NCBI GenBank assembly: GCA_008632985.1
Contig: QPGO01000051.1
Coordinates: 310,001-352,178, forward strand
DNA from: Psammoneis japonica
Lineage: Eukaryota
Direction of reading: 5' to 3'
DNA: 42,178 bases
Shown here: positions 1-10,577 of the stretch, in pieces
Position numbering within the stretch: the first letter of the stretch is position 1
Layout: each line of letters starts with the position of its first letter
Notes under the pieces: generated by a model
The model's database searches: none
The model's input: only the letters and a program-made list of their open reading frames with translations
Told to the model about the DNA's origin: nothing
Translations under genes and position numbers: made by a program

Positions 1-84
1 GTTGTCCGTTGAGCCTTCTGGAACAACTGTGGCTCAGTTGAGACTTCAGGATTGGGCAGCTCCTTCTTCTTGGGCATCTCCACA

Positions 85-1803
85 TCATGTTGGACAAATC
101 CTGGCATCCATTGGAATGCACATGGATGACATTTGCAGACTGCAAAGCAGAGCATCACAAAAGACCACATGGATGTCATGCTGCATGCCGACAAAATGCA
201 CAAGGCTTCTGGATGCACTTCCAATGCCACTCGGATCTGAATCTTCTTTTGCATCAGTTTCCCTCTGATGATTGGTTTTAAATGGGACAGGACTCTTTGT
301 GAATGACAAACCAACAATCCACTGGCCCATTGGTTCAACAAGTTGCACACCAAAGCACAGCCCATGAAGATCCGATTCGATGCACTCTGGGCCAAAGTGC
401 ACTCTTGAGAGGCTTGGGCAGTGCCAGAACCTTGCACAGAAGCATCCCAAGATGTCATTGGCATTGGAAGTGCAACTCTTGGATTGGCTTTGAGCAGCAG
501 CAGTGGCACTCTGAGTGTTTGCATCGGCAGCTCCCTCTGGAGCTGAATGATTGGCAGTTTCATGAGTGGCCCAGCACCCACATCTGCCACACCAATGCTT
601 GGTCACACCATTGGAGACTCAAGCATGAGATTCTCCATGTCTCAGAGGAATCTCACAAGGATCCCTTTGAGTTCAAGCAGCCTGGCATGGCCAGCAATTG
701 CAGCAATCGCCACGACCACAACCACCTCCACCCCAATCTCCATGACCACCACCACGTCCACCATGGCCTGGGTTTCCACATCCACTGCCACCACCTTGAC
801 TGTTGTTGTTCCGGGGTTGAGGGCAGCTTGGATGGATGTGGCCTCATTGACCACAGTTGCAGCAAACACAATTGTCTGCGCAGTTTAGAGAAGTGGCAAA
901 TCTGGACTTGCCTGCATTTGAAGAAGTTCATTCTTCACAATCATCCACCAAACTTGTGTGTGACTTGTTTGCATGCACAGTGAGATTGCCGTGCATGCAT
1001 CTCATCAAATCCACATCAACTTTGTTGAAAGAGAGTCACAAATTGAATCTAAAATGACTCGAGAACTGTTGATGTTGCAAGACCACTGCAAATGATCAAA
1101 GCAGCATCTTCGGGAAGCTTGTGATGGCCTTCTTGGCATCTGCACAATTCAACAACCTTTGCAGCACAGTTCTTGACATTCTCTCCTGGCTCTTCCTTGA
1201 GTTTCACAGCCTTGAGTTTGTCCACCACCATGCACAGAGCCCACTCAGTTGATGAATGCAACTTGTTGGCAGTGACAAGCTTGCAGACAACGGGCCCATG
1301 CGTGGGTCCACCAATGTGCTTCTGGGTGTCACCGTGTGGGGTGACAACCAACCAAGTTTAGAAAGAACTGTTTGGGCCAAAGCAAGTTTTGATGATCACA
1401 TTGGCCACCCATTGTGAGCGACTCTTGCAGATCCGACAAGCTGCAATCCATCACGAGATTCAACTCTTGAGGTGCCCCAGTCCTCGGGTCTCTCCTCTGG
1501 ATGCAGAGCGCGGAATCCGTGCCACTCATGAGAACACATTTGCCAACAGAGTTGGTCCAACTGATGAGAGTCACCTTGCAATCCTTGCCAGTGTCAATCT
1601 TTGACTCCAAGCCTTTGTGACAGCAAGAGACAATTGTTGTTGTGTGACAGAATGACATCGGACGTTGACATCTAGGTCCACAAGCCATGGCATGTGGACC
1701 AGTGATTCTCGGACCATCGGTCCAAGTGATGTGCCTCAAGAAGTGGAGAAGTGACCTTGAGATTGATCCCCAAACTTGGCACTTGAATCATCTGACGTGT
1801 CAT
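85..1803 (-). pseudogene. gag: Fragmented gag-like ORF of the Copia element
   Basis: Fragments lie in several frames: HITWTDGP (cf. AWTGGxP), KLKAVKLKEEPGENVKNCAAKVVELCR, a Gly/Arg-rich linker near 700-770, and HWCGRCGCWATHETANH (zinc-knuckle-like). Multiple frameshifts and stops. Confidence 0.65.
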
Positions 1804-1937
1804 TGTTGCCAAACAAACTGGCGTCATGCCGACAAGAGTGTTTCTTGATCCTCCAGAACAATCACTCATTTCGGAGAATCAGAGGTCTTGCTTCATGTCA
1901 ATTTGCAGACCAGTCAATTCAAAGCAATGACAACACT

Positions 1938-1950
1938 TGGGCTCACAACC
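1938..1950 (-). promoter_or_regulatory. Primer-binding site complementary to the anticodon arm of initiator tRNA-Met (Copia/Ty5 type)
   Basis: The minus strand reads GGTTGTGAGCCCA, which is GGTTATGAGCCC with one TA->TG change. It lies between the putative LTR and gag. Confidence 0.65.
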
Positions 1951-2637
1951 ACGGAAGTGAGCTAGATGACAGCATGAGCTGGGGCAACAACAACTGTCCA
2001 AAGCAGACATGTGTCAACGGCAACCGCTGTCAAAGAGATCCTGATTCTCGCGAAAGTCAAAATCTGCAAGAAGTGAGAGAAAGAGAAGAAAGCTTCAAAA
2101 GTGACCCACGAGTCTGAAGAGAGCAAAGATGCCAATTCCATGAGAAAGGAAGAAGCAGATCGGACAACCGGCCTGTTCCAGCTCCAGGTGCTCCGCATGG
2201 GTTCGATTCCCATCATTTGCCCATTTTTAGGTTTGGCGCAATTAACTTTTTCCAAATCCGTTTTTTGCCAAATTGAAGGGTGAGTGCACACTTTGCATGC
2301 ATTTTTGGGTGTACACTTGCCTTTTGATTTTCGAAATGATCAAAATTGAAGGAGTTCAATGCGCTGAACTGTGCAGAAAATTGGCCTCTCGCATGATGAA
2401 AAGCGGATCACCTGGAGCTGGAACAGGCCAACCGAGGACCAGAAGGTCATCAATGGAAAAGGAGCCAAACACTCACAAAAGTCAACTGTGAAGTCCCGTG
2501 CAAGACTGGCCAACTCCCATGTGTGACCGACCCATGTCATGGATCAGAAACTGCAGCTCTTGTTGCTTGACCCTCTTGCACTGGTCTGCGTGTTGTTGTC
2601 CAGTTTTGATTTCTGCAAAAATTCAAAACATCTCACA
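1951..2637 (-). repeat. Candidate 5' LTR (interrupted by a MITE at 2170-2429)
   Basis: Starts TG on the minus strand and ends at the PBS. The terminal CA is not clean and the second LTR is outside the window. Confidence 0.4.
2170..2429. mobile_element. MITE, 27-bp TIRs, 4-bp TSD AACC
   Basis: GGCCTGTTCCAGCTCCAGGTGCTCCGC (2170-2196) matches the inverse of 2403-2429 with 1 mismatch. AACC flanks both sides (2166-2169, 2430-2433); a 6-bp TSD CAACCG also fits. Confidence 0.85.
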
Positions 2638-2639
2638 GT

Positions 2640-3160
2640 TGAAGACAAACGCTTTCATTTTTTCAAAATCAGGCAAGTGGGGGGCTGCAGTGCTCAAACA
2701 GCATGGAATTCCATGCTGCGCACTTTGCCGAGTTGCAAATCGGCATCACATGGTGAAAGCACGGCAAAACTGGCAAGTGGCAGAGAACATCCAAGCGACA
2801 ATTGGAAGGAAAGAGTGATGTTGTCGAGCTTGTCCTAGATGCATGCTTTCTCATGTAAATGGAAACTTTTGTCCAGAGTTTTGTTGTAAGAACTGTTTTG
2901 GACAATTCCCAAGTTCACCACGGTGAAGCACGGGAAATCACTTGCCAAATTGCCGCGCAAATCGCCGGCAATTGTCTCTGTGATGGCAGAGCTGCAGTCA
3001 ACGAATGACTTCTTTTCCGACATTGAACTGGTTTGTCATGTGATGTGTCAAAGCACAGCTGTCATTTAGCAGAGTGTTCTTCCAATTGTTGAGTGTGCTC
3101 AGAAGCAGTTGTGGCTTTTCATTTTTACAACACGGTGAGGCACGCACGTAAATTCATACC
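2640..3160 (-). mobile_element. Mutated, internally deleted non-autonomous relative of the DNA transposon at 36137-41526
   Basis: 2640-2975 aligns in inverse orientation with ~41190-41520, sharing GCGATTTGCGCGGCAATTTGGC and TGAAAGCACGG. 3121-3160 (TTTTACAACACGGTGAGGCACGCACGTAA) matches the inverse of 36198-36235. Confidence 0.75.
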
Positions 3161-3735
3161 GCGGTCCCCCATTTGATCTCGGGTGTGTCTTATTTTGCTT
3201 GTCAGCTTGTCTGCGATCGGCACGCTAGAGAGTTACAGCAGCAGAGGGAGCGCTCATCTTACCTGACGACTTCGCGTTCCACGTTGGCCAGAAACTCTGT
3301 GCTTTTAAGTTTAAAACTGATCATGTCTGCTCTCTAGAGTAGTGGCAGCTGTTTCAATGGATTTGTAGAGAGTTGAAAACTACACGACGTATGCAGTCAA
3401 TTTGAAATAATGGAGAACATTTCTCTCACGTTCAACCCGTACCGGTATCGCGTCAGGCAACGTGCAACAAAGATCTCCATTCCATTAAAACCTAATGTGG
3501 AAAGCAACTGCGCTAGCTAGAGTAGGACGACCATTCTGATTTCTTCTATTTGTATCGCCTATGAAATTGTCGTCCATACCGCAACATCCCCAGACCCCAC
3601 GGTAAAAAGAGCAAACCGCGCCTATCATTTTCACACAGTAAAAGTAAATCAAACTTCCATCCCGGTCGCTTCTGAGCTTGCGGTGTATCATCCCCATGAC
3701 CAATACAAGCAACAAGAGTCTATCCATGAACGACT

Positions 3736-4830
3736 TCAAGGAGCAGCGCCAAACAAGAAAGGAACATGATCCTGTGCTTTCTTCATTGATTGAACCACGA
3801 TTTCACCGAGAATAGAAGGATGCAGCAGCCTGATCCGATTGACGTTTGAAAGATCAATTCGACTCCAGCCCTCGACAAGAGCGCCAATGCACCGCTTTTG
3901 CAGCGACGTTAGAGCACTGTAGCTTGCTTCGAGAGTTTTGCGCTCGGCATCCAAAAGCCCAATCGCAGCATTGAAATGAATGTTGGGCAAGACATCGTCT
4001 GCAGCGATCAACTCGAGGCCAGCAGCATCCACCTCGAAATTCTCTACCAAGGCAGCAACAAGCAAACTCATGTGCTTACTCTTTTCGACATCCTTGGGTA
4101 CCCTTGTCAATAAGTCATGCCACAAGTCCAGGTCGCCAACGTGCACAAGCCGCGACGTTGTCTCTACGCGCACAATATCATCCACGCAAGTGTCAACAGC
4201 AGCCTTCAACAACTTTTCCTCGTTCAAGGCTTTAGCATGCTCGACATACGTTCCACATGTAACATGGTCCAAGTCCTCTGCCCAAAAGTTTTTTGCCTTC
4301 CAACGCAAGCGTTGTACTCCAAAGTACTGAGCTAAATGATACAGAGCCGCAGCATTCTCCGTGCTAATCTCCAGAGTATCGTCTGCCGCATACATGTAAT
4401 CCAACATGGCTGGAAACGCTTTCGCAGCAAGCTCTGGCAATTCAATGTTGCTCGTTAGCGCCTGTTGCTCGGCATAGTTATTGTTGAAGAGCGAGCAGAA
4501 GTAGTCACTCTTTCTGGCACCAGCAGATAGGATGCTCTGGTGCACGTGGTACTCGTTCACTTTATTCTCTCCCGACGCTTCTTCCACGAACGAAATACGA
4601 ATACACCAATCGCTCTTGCTCTCCTCCTCGTTCATTCGCCAGCTCAGGTTGTAAATCTCAGGCTTTTCGGGTTCGTGATCAGACTCACAGTCTTCCGCCA
4701 TGATTCGTCGCCTCTTGATGGCCCTCTCATTTCTGTCATCAAAGCCAAAGCGAAACGAAGGTGCGCCTTCACCTCGTTCATTCCGATCAGGAACGAACAC
4801 AGCTCGTTCGTTCGGGTTAGGAAAGAACAT
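3736..4830 (-). CDS. BTB/POZ domain protein (diatom-expanded type)
   Basis: Motifs LSWR..SDWCI, YHVHQSILSAGARKSDYFCSLF, AFPAMLDYMY and LAQYFGVQRL. The likely start is ATG 4830 (or 4702); the ORF extension to 5157 runs into repeat sequence. Confidence 0.85.
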   Translation of the reverse strand: MFFPNPNERAVFVPDRNERGEGAPSFRFGFDDRNERAIKRRRIMAEDCESDHEPEKPEIYNLSWRMNEEESKSDWCIRISFVEEASGENKVNEYHVHQSILSAGARKSDYFCSLFNNNYAEQQALTSNIELPELAAKAFPAMLDYMYAADDTLEISTENAAALYHLAQYFGVQRLRWKAKNFWAEDLDHVTCGTYVEHAKALNEEKLLKAAVDTCVDDIVRVETTSRLVHVGDLDLWHDLLTRVPKDVEKSKHMSLLVAALVENFEVDAAGLELIAADDVLPNIHFNAAIGLLDAERKTLEASYSALTSLQKRCIGALVEGWSRIDLSNVNRIRLLHPSILGEIVVQSMKKAQDHVPFLFGAAP

Positions 4831-5059
4831 TGTAATACATGTATATGGACGGAGTGAGTTGATCGAAAGCAGTAAAATGATACAACTTAGAGCGGCGGCG
4901 GCAGCGGCAATGCCATCAACGTGATCATCGCACAGTGAAGTGCGAGATGTTGTGTGCGTGATGCGCATGCATAAAGGTTGAAATGTGTGTTTTCGTTCCA
5001 ATTCTGAACAATTCTGTTTTTTGCAAAAACGTATTGCATTTTTGTAAAAAAACGAAATT

Positions 5060-6220
5060 GCACGCTTTTTGCTGAGCGCCTGTGCGTGTGTCTCGTTGTT
5101 GTCTGCATGAAAATGATGCGAGGGGTTGTTGTCATCAGCGTCCGAATGCAAAAACACAACATCATGATGTCATCAAATGGGTCATTTGCCATGGCACTTG
5201 TGGTGACCCAACAGCATCATTCCCAGCCACACCAACACAAAGCTGAGCAGCATCGTTGTGAGAGCTCTTGTTGGCTGGCTGTGCCACACCGCCAACAAAG
5301 AGTCAAGTTTTTTGCACCAGCAAACTTCTCGAGAGTTCTGCCCCAACGTCAAGTTTCTTCTTGAGCTTTGCACCAAACTTGAAAGTTTTTTGAGATCTGC
5401 TCTCCAAAGTCAAGTCTTGCTCCAAAGGAGCCAAAGCGAAGCAATCCACACAAGAAACAAGAACAGCATCGTCTGACTGGCCGGCCTGTGCNNNNNNNNN
5501 NNNNNNNNNNNNNNNNNNNNNNNNNNNNNNNNNNNNNNNNNNNNNNNNNNNNNNNNNNNNNNNNNNNNNNNNNNNNNNNNNNNNNNNNNNNNNNNNNNNN
5601 NNNNNNNNNNNNNNNNNNNNNNNNNNNNNNNNNNNNNNNNNNNNNNNNNNNNNNNNNNNNNNNNNNNNNNNNNNNNNNNNNNNNNNNNNNNNNNNNNNNN
5701 NNNNNNNNNNNNNNNNNNNNNNNNNNNNNNNNNNNNNNNNNNNNNNNNNNNNNNNNNNNNNNNNNNNNNNNNNNNNNNNNNNNNNNNNNNNNNNNNNNNN
5801 NNNNNNNNNNNNNNNNNNNNNNNNNNNNNNNNNNNNNNNNNNNNNNNNNNNNNNNNNNNNNNNNNNNNNNNNNNNCTGCCCACCAGAATCAAGCCATTTT
5901 CTTCAACCCAAGAGCAGCGCGGGCTCAGCTTGACAGCATCGTTTTCTTGTTGTCGCTCAAAGCAGTTTGTGATGAGCCCCATGCTGCTGGCACCAGAAGC
6001 AAGAGCTGCTCTTGAGCCCTGCGTGCAGCTCAGCCTCTGCCCTGTTGGGGTTGCTCTCATGAAGAGCCAAGGAAGGCTCTCCTGCACACCAACAACAAGG
6101 TGCAAAAGCGTCAGGCAGAAAGAGAGAGAGAGCACGTGCTCTGCCAGCTGCCCCCGCAGCACCGCACTCTTTCCCACCCTCGCTCTGAGGACCCTGCCAC
6201 CCAGGCAGCAGCTGTGCTTG
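5060..6220. mobile_element. Unclassified TpA-depleted repeat remnant spanning an assembly gap
   Basis: Same TpA/CpG-poor, TG/CA-rich composition as the other TE blocks; no recognisable domain. Confidence 0.45.
5492..5875. other. Assembly gap (run of N)
   Basis: 384 N characters. Confidence 1.
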
Positions 6221-6441
6221 TAAAGCCTTCTCCAGCCATCTGTTGCAAGCATTATAAAGCGAGCTCACTCATCCTCAATGTGTAAAGGACTGCCAGCGAG
6301 AAAAGCGGCAGTGAAACGTCTGCGTGTGTCGCGTGTCTCGCCGGTCGGGGGAATGGGGACAGCGCTCGCCTCGACGCTCGACGGACGCGACAATGAGCGG
6401 ACGGACGGATTGACGTTCTTATTTCGCTCGCGCGGTCTATC

Positions 6442-6650
6442 TTGGGGGACGTCTTCGGAAGTGAGACTGTCGAAGAAAGTTACGTAGAATTTGTACTAAA
6501 ACAGTCTATCAATCAGTGCGATTGGGTATTTGGGACCTCTGGACAGATCCTACGTGTTTTCTTGCGCGTACAAAATGTACTGGGAAAACCCCCAAACGCA
6601 CTGGCGATCAGACCGCCTTCGACGATCTCACTTCCAAAGACGCCCCCCAA
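6442..6650. mobile_element. MITE-like element with ~33-bp imperfect TIRs upstream of the RDD gene
   Basis: TTGGGGGACGTCTTCGGAAGTGAGACTGTCGAA matches the inverse of TTCGACGATCTCACTTCCAAAGACGCCCCCCAA. Flanks TCTATC and TCTATG are a possible TSD. Confidence 0.75.
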
Positions 6651-6822
6651 TCTATGGCTTTTTCTTTCTCATTTTTCAGAGGCGAATCACGATGACGCCT
6701 GAAACGCCAATGTGCTGAAACATAGCCCTCTTTTCCTCTTGTAATAACCCAAAGCAATACCTTTCTGTCTAAAGAATCCGTCCTTACGATTGACTCTTTT
6801 GAGTTAGACTGAAATAAGCAAC

Positions 6823-7830
6823 ATGAGTCGAGCTCTAGGTCGCGCTATTGGATCGGTAGTTTCTCCGATTGTGGAATTTGTTGACGTCGACGGCGTTGTA
6901 CAACGTGTAGATGTGGACGCTCTTCTGGATAACATTGACATCAATCGTCACTTGGATCGTATCGATATCAACAGGCTCTTGGATAGAGTCGACATGGACG
7001 CAGTGCTTGCGAGAGTCGACGTTCAAGAACTCGTAGACCGATCGGACTTGCCGAGAATCATCACTCAGTCCTCCGCCGGTGTGTTTTCCAACCTCATGGA
7101 TGGAGTAAGACTTCAGCTAGCGCTTTTAGATGAAGTCTTGTTTTCTCTGTTTCGATGCAAGTGCACGAGATGTAACCACTTTTATCATGATTTGCCACCA
7201 GCCCCCGGCGCAAAAGAAGACCCAATGCCCATGTACCCCAAGAAGCCGTCGCTTCGAGCTGTTGCTCTACAGGGACGTTGCGCTGGCTGTATTTCGAGGC
7301 TTTCGGGTTGGATTATTGATGCCGTCATTACCACGCTTATATTTGGATTGGCTGTTATGATTTTTGAGTCTGTTTATGGCGTTTTTACGGACGAGGACTA
7401 CGCAACCGACAAGAATTCGTTGCTCTTTGGATTGATATACTACGGATGGTGTGTGATTTATAACTTTGTGTCACTTGCCCTCACAGGACGCACCGTTGGA
7501 CGTGCCATGGTGGGAATATTAATTGTATCCAGTGGCGGGAAAAAGCTGGGGGTGATTTCGGCCTTTGTCTTTTCTCTCTTTACACCGTGGTTCTTTCTTA
7601 TTGTGGTTGGCTTTGTGGTTTCGTTTGTGAGACGAGACCGACGCATGATTCATGATTGGATTTCGTTCGCCACTGCGGTGTATTCTTGGGATGCCAAGGC
7701 TGCTCGTTTGCGTGACCAAGACTTGATGGACGCGGAACAAGTTCAACCCGTGTTTAGAAGCGAATTGGTTGATGTGGACGAAAGCATGCAAGTTTCCAAG
7801 AGGCATTCTGCAAAGCCGTCTCCAGCGTAG
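6823..7830 (+). CDS. RDD family membrane protein with N-terminal 9-residue (V/I)DxxxLxxR repeats
   Basis: RDD motifs AGCISRLSGWIIDA, GRTVGR and RDRRMIHDWIS, three hydrophobic segments, intronless 335 aa. Confidence 0.85.
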   Translation: MSRALGRAIGSVVSPIVEFVDVDGVVQRVDVDALLDNIDINRHLDRIDINRLLDRVDMDAVLARVDVQELVDRSDLPRIITQSSAGVFSNLMDGVRLQLALLDEVLFSLFRCKCTRCNHFYHDLPPAPGAKEDPMPMYPKKPSLRAVALQGRCAGCISRLSGWIIDAVITTLIFGLAVMIFESVYGVFTDEDYATDKNSLLFGLIYYGWCVIYNFVSLALTGRTVGRAMVGILIVSSGGKKLGVISAFVFSLFTPWFFLIVVGFVVSFVRRDRRMIHDWISFATAVYSWDAKAARLRDQDLMDAEQVQPVFRSELVDVDESMQVSKRHSAKPSPA

Positions 7831-7953
7831 TCAGACAGGACAGTACAGGTGTAAGGAAGCGATGAATATGATATCAGAATAATCCTATCTCTATGGATTG
7901 TGCAAACGCGAAAGACTTAATTTTGAATGTACAGTTATTCCCTTTTTTCATTT

Positions 7954-10253
7954 TCATTCTTCGTCAAGTGTGCTACACCAAGGATAGTGTCTTCCCCCTT
8001 CACATGTATTTCGTAACCATTGATTGTACTTGATCTCAGCATCCTTCAGCACTACTTGAGAGTCGTCGTCAAAGATCTTCTCGCAGTAGTTGCTAGGCTT
8101 TCTGTCCGCCAAGTCACCCAGTTGCAGATCTCCCTCCTCGTGTCGGAGGCCAATATCCGCAAACAACTCGGTCAGAGCAGTTTTCACTCCAATCTTCTTG
8201 GCTCTGTCGTAATCAAAGATATGAATCTGTGCCTTTCTCGATTGATCAGGGCATCTTGACTGAGCCACACGTACAGTCTCAAGAAAATCTTGTAGGTAGT
8301 CTTCTTGTTCAACAACGAGCCTTGCTGCTTCGTTCTTTGAAAACGCCACGGTTACATTCTTCGTCTTATCCCTGTTATCACCATGGAATTGTGACAGTCG
8401 CTTGTAGAGGGCCTTGTGCTGATGCACAAACTTGCTGCAAATCCTATCAAAGCCATACCGCACGGGCAGAATCAAGTGATCAATCGTGTCTTCTGGTTCA
8501 CCACAAACCAAGTCATCAATCACCTCTGTCATGCAATCGGTCCAAGTCCTTGTTTTGTTTTCCATATTCTTGCAAACGCGTGCCTTTAGATAGGTAGCAC
8601 GGGCGTCCCCAACCTTCGCAACTAGTATGTCCTCTTCAATATACAACCCCGGCTTGGTTTGAAATTTGTGGATATTACTTGACATTCGGAGCAGAAACCG
8701 AATCGCTTCCAATTGTTTCTTCAGTGAGAAGTTTTCTTCGTCCCAGTTACGAGGATTCACTGGTTCAATTTTCCATGCGGGACTGTATACATGAGGATGT
8801 TCCCTCAAACTCTCAGACATGACGGTACTCCCCTCGTCTCCGACATAGAGGCACAGGAGTTTGGCTGGTGCAACCAGAGATTCCGAAAGCGGCGGTATGC
8901 GTGCATTCTTGTCGATTTTGATTTCATCCAACACTGGCAGTTGTACTTCCATATCTGAATTGAAGCGCTTAAAGAACCTTCGCCACCTCCCGTCTCTCTG
9001 AAATTCCCATTCGGCGTCGACGGAGCAAAACACTCCGTTATCGTGGCCCCTTTTAATGTCAGCCTTTATTTCTAACTCACTGGCGGGTGAAGATGCCATT
9101 TCCTGTTCTAGCTCTAGCGTGGCTTCCAAGACTATCTTGCGGTCACTAGCCGACAAGCATGTTGTTTGAAAGTCGGTAAGGTTGTGGCGTCCGAGCTCCT
9201 CCTTGGAATACTTTTCAATCGCTTCAATGGCGACTGAACGCGACATGGCCTTGTTGATCCATCCTCGCTCAGCGGCTTCAAGAGCAAGCATATCATATCG
9301 AATACGATTGGGCCCATGCTGATATAGCCCGGCCTGTTTGTAGAGGATTGATAAATCGCCACGCGACGTAGTCGCATGGACGCAAGCCTTGGATGCCTCG
9401 GGAAGCATGCTGCAGAAAAAACCTGAAATCAGATCGTCGTTCTCGTGGGTATTGAACACCTGAACACTTCCTGGAAAGTGTTCCTCCCATCTCGCCTTGA
9501 TGGTTGGGGGTTTTTTGTGGTCTTTGTTGGTAAGAAGTAGGTCATGTAGCTTGCAAGTGTTGGGGTCACTCTACCTCCGCCATCCGGCCAGCGTTCTCGC
9601 TTTCCTCCCTTTTGGGGGTTGTACAATTGATTGTACTTACTCGGGAGCCATTCATAGTAGCGGCGATAAGAATAGATGATGCGAACGCGCCACTTGCTTA
9701 ACATGGGTACAAGAAACTTCCACAAGTGTTCGTTGGCGTCTCGTTCATCATGAAATGCTGAAAGAAGGTCTTCCGCGACGAAGACGTTATGTTTCTGTGC
9801 AAAGTGAAGGTCCACCTCTTTTTGTAGGTCGGTCCATTTGCGTTTGCATTCATTCTCATTCAAAACACTCCTGGCCTTAAAACATACCTGGTACAGGCCT
9901 TGAAGCTTCGAATAAGGCTGTTCTCTCCAGTTGCCGAGGTAATAGAAATTGTCTTGCTCGAGGATGTTTCTGTATTTTGCAGAATACCACTGGATTTCTG
10001 GGCCTCCTGTTTCCTTCGGTCCCACATGCAATACAAAGAGCGGAGCATCATTGATTTGCTCGTCAGCCGCCGCAACAACTAATGACTCGCCCCCGTCGGT
10101 TTCGACACTGGTGGTGGTGTCACTCCTGCGATGTGTCGTTTCAGCTTGAATAAGACTTCGCCAGTCTTTGTCTAGGGCGTAATGAAGAAAGAACCCAAGG
10201 GAAAAGCTAAGTATCACTACAATCGGGATGTACGTTTGAGTAAGTGTCCTCAT
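7954..10253 (-). CDS. Type II membrane protein with two sulfotransferase-like (P-loop-fold) domains; one frameshift near 9505-9535
   Basis: N-terminal TM segment (IPIVVILSFSLGFFL), LHVGPKETG, YRRYYEWLPSKYNQ; second domain GDEGSTVMSESLREHPHV. The downstream frame extends back through TIKARWEEHFPGSVQVFNTH, so the two ORFs join by a 1-nt indel. Confidence 0.65.
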
Positions 10254-10577
10254 GGTCTCTCGGACTTGATTGCAAAATGGAGGGATCAAATGCGATGGTA
10301 ACTGCGCCGCAAAAAAAAATGGAAGCTTGTGTGGCAACCACCACCGCATGACTCTTGTTTCAAATGCTGGTCATTCAAAAGGTCATCGAAAATTTAAAAT
10401 ATCTTAGTGGTGCATTACAATTTATGTTAGGTCATTGCCTTCGACAGGAAATGTCTCCTTTGGAGATCCATGATAAAATCGGCATTGAATTTCCGCTGCG
10501 CTGTCGCAGTCCCGAGTTTTACCGCAGTCAACAGCTCACCTCGACCAAGAAGGTGCAGGATGGACATTGCGTTGCCA

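Larger units (their letters stand above)
1..2637 (-). mobile_element. Degenerate Ty1/Copia (diatom CoDi-like) LTR retrotransposon, 5' part (LTR, PBS, gag); runs off the left edge of the window
   Basis: Minus-strand gag-like fragments, a tRNAiMet-half-type PBS at 1938-1950, and an LTR-like segment starting TGTGAG (minus strand) at 2637. The region is strongly TpA-depleted. Confidence 0.7.

Noticed and set aside
2198..2212. GGTTCGATTCC resembling a tRNA T-loop / B box
   Set aside because: There is no cloverleaf or A box around it, and it lies inside a MITE next to the TIR.
4831..5157. N-terminal extension of the BTB ORF (473-aa prediction)
   Set aside because: It runs through promoter-like and repeat-derived DNA, starts at a non-ATG codon, and has no protein-like features.
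5410..6252. ORFs spanning the N gap
   Set aside because: Artefacts of translating through unknown bases.
9505..9575. Intron explaining the frame change in the sulfotransferase-like gene
   Set aside because: The one frame-restoring GT-AG candidate I found is ~53 nt, about half the size of the other introns here, and it would remove plausible coding sequence; a 1-nt indel is simpler.
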